Positions 55,868 to 64,000 of a stretch of DNA of 64,000 nucleotides are shown one piece after another. Location: assembly GCA_951406725.2 (NCBI GenBank), contig OX597827.1, forward strand, positions 27,280,001 through 27,344,000. Reading direction: 5' to 3'. The translations under genes were made by a program, and so were the position numbers. The notes under the pieces are model-generated. The model saw only the letters and a list, made by a program, of their open reading frames with translations, was not told where the DNA came from and did no database searches. Every line of letters starts with the position of its first letter. Position 1 is the stretch's first letter. Origin of the DNA: Octopus vulgaris. Taxonomy: Eukaryota.

Positions 55868-57974
55868 ACATATATATATATATGTATACATATATATATA
55901 TATGTATACATATATATATATATATGTATACATATATATATACATATATATGTATACATATATATATACATATATATATATATATGTATACATATATATA
56001 TATATTTATGTATACATATATATGTATATTTATGTATACATATATATGTATATATATATACATATATGCTGAGACTCCTGTGGTCATGACTGACCATGGG
56101 ATTGCACCTAGAAAGTTACCTTCCGAGGCACAAGTCTGGGCAAGGTTGTTTATGGAAGACCAGCAGTTGCCCATGCATACCGGCCTCCCCACTCCATGCC
56201 ATTGATGTTATCCAAGGAAAAGGCAAAGGGGCTGATACATCTTGGCACCAGTGATGTCGCAACTCATTTCTACAGCTGAGTGAAGTGGAGCAATGTGAAA
56301 TAAAGTGTTTTGCTCAAAAACACAACACACAGCTCAGTTTGGGATTTGAACTCACAACCTCACGATTGTAAGCTCGACACTCTAACCACTGAGCCATGTG
56401 CCTTCACATTATATACATATATATATATGTGGGGGGGGGGGGTGTATAAATATATGTGTGTGTGTGTGTGTGCATGTGTGTAACACAAGCATAATAAGAA
56501 AAAAATCAGTGAACAATAATATTGCCTTACCTCTGCTAGATCAGCAAAAGTAATGTTCTGTGTAAGTGTGTGTGTGTGTATGTGTGTGCGTGTGTGTGTG
56601 TGTGTTTGTGTATCAAAGGTAGAACAGAAAAAACACAAGAAATGGAAACCGTCAAAACACAACATGTGGAGAAAAGGAGGATAGCACAACAATGGCAAAC
56701 AGGACAAAACAAGATACACGGATCATTCACAGCCAATTGCCTCTTCAGTTGGAGTCTGAAATGTCTATGTAGTTTTGACCACTTATCTCTAATGCTATGC
56801 GAAACCTGCTGGGCCAGGGACTTAAGCTAAAATCATTAAGGCTCTGGGCAAAACAAACGAATGTACATATACGAAAACAAATAAGTAAACAACAGAAAGG
56901 GTCTTTTGAGTATCAAATGAATGTAACATAAGAAATCGAATTACGCATATACAATGGGCAAACACCTTTCAGTTATACAATGAAATGAAAATAATGGTAG
57001 GAAGCTGGAGCAAGGAAAATCGAAATGGAAAAATCTTAACAGACCAGGTGGCAGGACAGGATAGAACAGACGTGACCGACCTCGAAGGCAGCCAACCAAA
57101 AAAAGGATAACAAAGCCTGAAATGGACAGCAATCCCATGGCAGTGGAGGGGAGGAGTTGAAGAGGGCAGAGGGTATACGGGAGAGGGGAGAGGGGAATAG
57201 TTTAAAGATCCAACCGAAGTAGAATCCACAAAAAAGAATGTGCTCCAAACTGTGAGAGACAATTATCAATTTAAATACACAACCAAAAGAACTAATAATA
57301 GTTTAATGCTTCTGTGATACTTGATCAGGCGTGTTAACATGTATCAGGTGTGTGTATCCATTACATAAGACCTTCCTCACTTAAAATATTTTTCTAACGA
57401 TTTGCCATAGTTTTTTTTTATATTTGACTCAAGTTCAAAATTCTGATATTACACACTGCTTCTTAGCATAACACAGAATACACACACTCTCTTTCTCTGT
57501 CTCTCTCTCTCTCTGTCTTTCACACACACACATACACACACACTTATGAATTCCTCATTATTTTTACCAATATTCTTGTTTCTTAGAATTAGTCTTTCAT
57601 TAGGTTTCCCTGTAGATCTGTAATTCATACAGCATGCAGCATGTTCTATGCCTGCTTCATTTCATGACACGGATTAAAAATTAATTTGATGCTCTGAGAA
57701 AGGGCAATGTTCATAACATTTAGTAGGGTATATATATATGAGAGACTGGAAAGGAAAGCAAGGGTTGGTAGAAACCCAAGTACCATCTCAGTATCAGAAA
57801 GAACAGTGCAAAGAGATATTGAATTACAGAACTAAAGAGACTGCGTCTGAATTCTTGCAGCAACAGACTGGCCTTTTGCAAGAGGTTCTCAAAGAACAGA
57901 TGGGAGTAGGAAACTGGCTGAGGTGCAGCTAGTCTGATGACGTTTCCCCTTTGCAGTTTCCTTCTTTCCATGTA

Positions 57975-58363
57975 CAGTAGAACCTCACAGTACAAGTGCC
58001 CCATTGTACGAATGAGTAATTTACTGTACGAGCCGAGACTCGTGCAAATTTTTATCTTGAAGTATGGGCGGAAATCCAGAGTACGAGCACACAAATCGAA
58101 CCATCTTTAAGGTAATTCAGTTAATAAAACCAGTTTGCATATTTCTTTTGCATTCTCTTTTTTATAATTGTCATTTCACTTATAACTACACTTTTTCTTG
58201 TTTAAAACCCATGGAAATCTATTTTTGAGTAGTTTTTTGGGGCAGGAAAGGATTAATTATATTTTAGTTAATTTCAATGGCGAAAATTAATTTGTAAAAT
58301 GAGTAAATCGTAAGACAAGCTGAGTCATGGAACGAATTAAACTTGTACTGCGAAGTATCACTG
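57975..58363. mobile_element. pogo/Tigger-type MITE
   Basis: TA-CAGTAGAACCTCACAGTACAAGT...ACTTGTACTGCGAAGTATCACTG-TA. Confidence 0.75.
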
Positions 58364-59012
58364 TATTTCTAATTCACTCTTAGAATTAGATTAGAAAATT
58401 ATTGCGCCATTTGCTGTGCATTGGGATTAAGACTAGTTATGTAATTGTGGAATAAGATTTTTAACCACACGGCCATGCTTGCACTCTGTGTGTATATGTT
58501 TGCACACTGTGTGTGTAATTAAAAAGCACATTTGTTTCCCGACCACATGAGTTTGGGTTCAGTCCCATGCCTGATACCTTGGGCAAGTGTCTTCTACTAA
58601 AGCCCTGGGGTCAATAAAGCCTTTGTGCGTGCGTGTGTGTGATAATGATCATGATCATCATCATCATTGCTGGCTTGGGTTGGGTGGGTAGACAGGAACT
58701 GGCAAGTGGCAGGATGGCCCCAAGCTCTATTGTCTGCTAGGACTCACCCTTGGATGCCCTTCCTAATACCAACCACTTCACTGAATGTACTTTTTACATG
58801 GCACATCCATGTATGTGTGTACATACACACACTCAGATGGACATGAACATGTATATAATATATAGGTATATGTTGTGTATATACAAACACATATGCACAC
58901 ACACACACATGAACACACAGACACATACTGCCATGCAATGCATACTTATGTATATATACAAGCATACATACACACATGTACACATATATGAAGATACATA
59001 CATGCATGTATG

Positions 59013-59054
<42 letters not shown>

Positions 59055-59056
<2 letters not shown>

Positions 59057-60708
59057 AATTGAGATAGAGATTGTAAATGCAACCCTCTATGGGATAACGT
59101 ATATCCAATATACTGCTAGTGAAGTACCCAACAAAGTTAATACATAAATGTTAATGATTGCGATGCAATCAATTCATTTACTGTATTATATGGTCAAAGG
59201 TAAAATGATTTACCACAAATTACTAATACAAGATAAGAAAATGGAGAAATACATCTGAATCAAATATCAATTACCAGATAATACTCAATCCCATACTTTA
59301 ATAAACCACCACATAAGAGACTGTAGGGTTAAATATTAAAAGCAGAACAAATCAGTGTACATAAAGGAATGTACATAAAAAAGTGTACATAAAAGAGTAA
59401 TGTTGTATAATAATTAGAATATATATAAAAAAGAATATAAATACAAGTAAATATAAATATAAGTATAAATTAGATCTTACAGCTGTTTCGGCCATGTCGA
59501 TAATTATGTCTCATTTTACCAATATTAGCCCTTTATGGTTGGTCAATATATAGAGACATTAACAAAAATATCACAAAGCCTCTTCGGAGATTATGTAATA
59601 TAACAGTCTACACATATACCCCCATGGGTGTGGGTGCGTACACACAATACAACATATATATATACATATGAGTGCATATACTCACACTCCTATACATTTA
59701 CATAATGATATAAATAAATAATATAAATTAGTAAACATATATATGTGTTCCACACCCAATGTCTCAGTTTTTCAACTTAATATTGTGATATTAAACATAC
59801 ACAAATTAATACCTAGATGTAAATATACATAGTCAATAGTACATTATATTACTTCATAATAGTTTCCAAAGTGTCATTAAAGTTAGTATCATTATCGTTG
59901 TCAATACAATTAATGTTATCATTGTTATCATTCATAATATTATTAATAACTCTTACATTATGATCCAGAGCAGAATATATGTATGTCCGTGTTCCAGTTA
60001 ATAATTTTCCTTATGGCATAAATATACTATTGGATTTGAATTTAAAATTATTATTATCTTCCTCACAGTTAGTCAATTGAGAACCGCCCGACCTCCACCA
60101 ACCTTACAAGCAAAACATACACATCCACATCTAACCCTAAACCCATACATCCACACAGAGACTCACACACACATGTACACACACATGAATACACCCCGAC
60201 ACATCTCTACAATAAATTGGAGAGTGCATGTCTGTCATCGTATTGCTTATAGACATATCAGTACAGGCAGCAGTGTCTAACACTAACACGCACATCCGCA
60301 TATACGCATAAATATTAATACACTTTCCTATACTGTGTCAGGGAACTTTCGCACACACATATATATATATATTTTTAAATATATATCTGCGCACTCATAC
60401 GTACAAATAAAACCCATATTTATATCTACCCATGAATGAATATTCGCACATACATATATACACATCCAAGCATGCACCTGCGTGCTTATATATGTAATAA
60501 AAACATACATCCGTACATCCACCCACGATCATACCTATATGTACAAAAACATATATACTTACACATACACATTTTCACACACCTACAGAGGTTACTATTA
60601 ATTTAGAATAAGTTTATTAATTATAGGTTAAATTAATTATAGATTAGTAAGTACCAAATAAACAAAAATAAAATAATTAAATAAATAAATATGAATATAT
60701 ATATACAT

Positions 60709-60765
<57 letters not shown>

Positions 60766-61064
60766 CACATATCCATGTATAGATAAATAGATAAATAAAA
60801 TAGAATACAAATTAAGGAGGGCATAAAGATAAACCTAATATAGTGAGTATAAAAATAAAAGAAAAAAAAAGGGAATCCCACATTATATGCTCATCGAAAT
60901 AAACAACTTATAGTAATTATAGACTCTTACATATTACATATTGGTATATTAAAAACTCAAACTAGTGCCCTAAGATATGATGCACCTATACATCTTACAC
61001 CTATAGTATTATCTGGTAATTGATATTTGATTCAGATGTATTTCTCCATTTTCTTATCTTGTAT
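59055..61064 (-). mobile_element. Non-coding hammerhead-bearing element in (TA)n with 60-bp inverted end
   Basis: Hammerhead 59474-59591. 61005-61064 is the reverse complement of 59226-59285. The 3' ~200 bp are homologous to 16105-16311. Confidence 0.8.
59474..59591 (-). ncRNA. Type I hammerhead ribozyme with long stem II (predicted)
   Basis: ATCT-CCGAAGA-GGC..(ATGTCTC/GAGACAT)..GCC-GAAA-CAGCTG-TA^AGAT. Confidence 0.88.
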
Positions 61065-61077
61065 ATATATATATATT

Positions 61078-61422
61078 TCTGTGTGAGTTAGAGGTTGGGA
61101 AACCAACCAACTAAGGGATAGAAGCCTAGAGGCACATTCATCTTCCAAACTTTATCTGGCCATCCCTACAGAACACTGAAGAGATGGAAATGGCTTTGAG
61201 AATTTCTTTGCCTCTTGGCAGAAACGGCCGTAAGGAACTAGCACCTACTGACAATCTGATCATTTGCTCTTTTCTATAAGATTAGTACATGTGTGTGTAA
61301 CATAGTTATTATATGTGTATGTATTCTTCTAATACATTCTATTACTTTTGAATAAATAGACATACTAGAATGTTTATCGGCTGATGTATGTCATTCTTGC
61401 ATCCTCTCCATTTTCTTATTTG

Positions 61423-61424
<2 letters not shown>
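61078..61424 (+). mobile_element. TA-inserted element with core-deleted hammerhead
   Basis: TTTCT-T-TGCC tctt GGCA-GAAA-CGGCCG-TA-AGGAA (61203-61237). Confidence 0.55.
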
Positions 61425-61487
<63 letters not shown>

Positions 61488-61739
61488 ATATGATTGCTAT
61501 TTTATTAAACTGTTGTACGTCCAAAATTGGCCAAATGCATTTTTTAAAATATTTATTTCTGCTTGCAATAGCTGGTTCTTTTGATCAAACTATCGTATCT
61601 CCAGGTGCTTCAGATGCCAAGATATCAGAAATTGTCAAAGTGTAGTAGAACGGTTTTGCTATGAAAACTATTTTTCCATTCTCTGAAAAAGCAACATTTT
61701 GGACTTATGACACTTTTGCATAATAACATCAGTGTACAT

Positions 61740-61806
<67 letters not shown>

Positions 61807-61944
61807 CGATGGGTTTCATTCAGTTTCCGTCTACTAAATCCACTCACAAGGCTTTGGTCAGCCTAAAGCTATAGTCAAAGACATGATTCTTGTCCGAGGA
61901 GCCATGTAATGGAAATTGGCCCAGAACCATATTTTATTTAATTG

Positions 61945-63168
61945 ATGCTGGAAGGATGAAAGGCAAAGTTGACCATGTCTGGATTTGAACTCACTTTGCA
62001 AAGATTTAGAATTAATACCACCAGGTATTGTGCCTGGTTTCCAAATTATTCTGCCAGTACACCACAACATGAAGTGCTATTTCAAATATAGGCACCACAC
62101 CTGAAATTTTGGAGATAGGGAACAGTTAGGGATATCAGTCTCAATGCTCAACTGATCCTTTAATATACTTACCCCTAAAAAGCATAAAGCAAAGTTAACC
62201 TTGGTGGGATTTGAAATAAGAACTTAAAAGAATGTAACTAAATACCACAAGGCATTTTAGTTGACACTCTAACAGTTTTACCAACTCACTAATAATTATT
62301 ACATCGACCCTAGTGTTCAACTGGTACTTATTCTATCAACCCCGAAAGGATGAAAGGCAAAGTCAACCTTGGTGGAATTTGAGCTCAGAATGTGAAGACA
62401 GATGAAATGCCGCTAAGCATTTCACCTGGCGTACTAACGATTCTGCCAGCTCATCACCTTTATTTAGCTAAATATCGATTTGAACGTTTTGCACAAGGCC
62501 AGTAATTTCAGGGGTGGAGTAAGTCAATTACATTAACCCCCAGGTACTTATTTTATCGACCCCGAAAGGATAAATGGCAAAGTTGACCTTGGCAGAATTT
62601 GAACTCAGAATGTAGTGACAGGCAAAACACCACTAAGTATTTTGTCAAGTGCTCTAGCGATTCTGCCAGCTCGCTGCCTTTCACCAACTCCCTAGTAATA
62701 ACAATCCTTTATAATATAAGGCACAAGGCCTGAAATTTTAGAGAACGGGTCTAATTAATTACATTGAACCCAGTACTTGATTTGCCCTTATTTAAATTGT
62801 TCTCCCAAAAGGATGAAAATGAAGGGCAAAGCTGACCTCAGTGGAATTTGAACTCTGAATGTAAAGATGGACAAAATGTGAAGCATTTTGCCCAGCATTC
62901 TAATGTTTCTGTCAGCTTGCTGCCTTATATAATAATAATAATAATAATCCTTTCTACTATAGGCACACAGTCTGAAATTTTGGGGTAAAGGTGTTAGTTG
63001 GTTACATTGACCCCAGTGCATAACTGCTATGTATTTTATTGACCTCCAAAACGGATGGAAAGCAAACTTAACCTCGGCAGAATTTGAACTCAGAATGTAA
63101 TGACAGATGAAACACCACTAAGCATTTTGTCCAGTGTGCTAACGACTCTGCCAGCTCACCACCTTATA

Positions 63169-63170
<2 letters not shown>
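61945..63170 (-). mobile_element. Cluster of about six co-oriented SINE family B copies
   Basis: Repeated AGGATGAAAGGCAAAGT..ACC..GG..GAATTTGAACTCAG at ~61950, 62180, 62345, 62565, 62810, 63050. Confidence 0.85.
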
Positions 63171-63224
<54 letters not shown>

Positions 63225-63232
63225 TAATAATG

Positions 63233-63281
<49 letters not shown>

Positions 63282-64000
63282 TGATGATGATAATTATAAT
63301 CATATCTTTATAGATTGTCTAAAGGCCCTTTAGGGACAATAATGAGACTTTTCTTCTATTTTAATCTTGCTGAAATATGTAAAAGAACAATGTGACTGAG
63401 AGTGATCAAGTGTCTCCAAGTTATTAGTGAGTTAATTTTAGCGCTGTAATTACCAGTGACCTTTGACCTCAACCTATTGTGCTGATGCGTTAGACTAACC
63501 TTGTTATCTCATTTTGTTTTTAAAAAGAGGGAGAGAGAGTTAGGGGTTGAGCACCTCTGTTTTTAATTAAAAACAACTTAATTTCTTGATTCAGTGTTTG
63601 CCAGCACGTTGTCATCGTTATTGTAGTGTTCATCTTCGTTATCATTGTAGTCATCATCACCATCATCATTGTAGTCATCATCATCATCGTCGTTGTCATC
63701 CTCATCACAATTAACATCATCATCATTGTCATCATCATCACCAATATCATCATCATCATCAGTGCATTGATTACTATGGTTCTAGACACCCTGTATTGAA
63801 TCCTTTAACTGCAAAATTAATTTTCATCGTTATTCCAGTGACGATGTTAGATATCTATCAAAATAAACAAAACAAACAAAATTTTAATAGAATTGGTATT
63901 ATCTACAAGTCACCTGGTGTGTTTACATCACCATAACTTAGCGGTTCGACAAAAGAGACTAATAGAATAATAGAAAAAAAAAAATTAATGTACTGGGGTT

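Noticed and set aside
57738-57932. Unique-looking 64-aa ORF (also 27835-27950)
   Set aside because: Short, no motif or convincing splice context.

Overview
AT-rich, microsatellite-dense eukaryotic DNA. The SINE families and (TA)n/(CA)n/(TAA)n density suggest an octopus/cephalopod (inference from repeat types, no search run). No host protein-coding gene is confidently supported, and nearly all track ORFs are microsatellite or SINE translations. Real coding remnants are Penelope-like retroelements (PLE: RT + C-terminal GIY-YIG), LINE fragments and a Tc1/mariner transposase 3' part. The main result is about 10 complete type I hammerhead ribozyme folds plus 2 broken ones, read by eye, in roughly 9 sequence-unrelated element families. 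Most of these elements sit in (TA)n tracts with both 3' ends facing outward (fold-back). In two cases the fold-back junction lies at or within 4 nt of the predicted cleavage site. Three families share an unrecognised, covarying structured RNA module, two of them directly downstream of the ribozyme, and one of these looks like a ~353-nt retrozyme-type 1.2-mer. Folds and boundaries are manual and untested.
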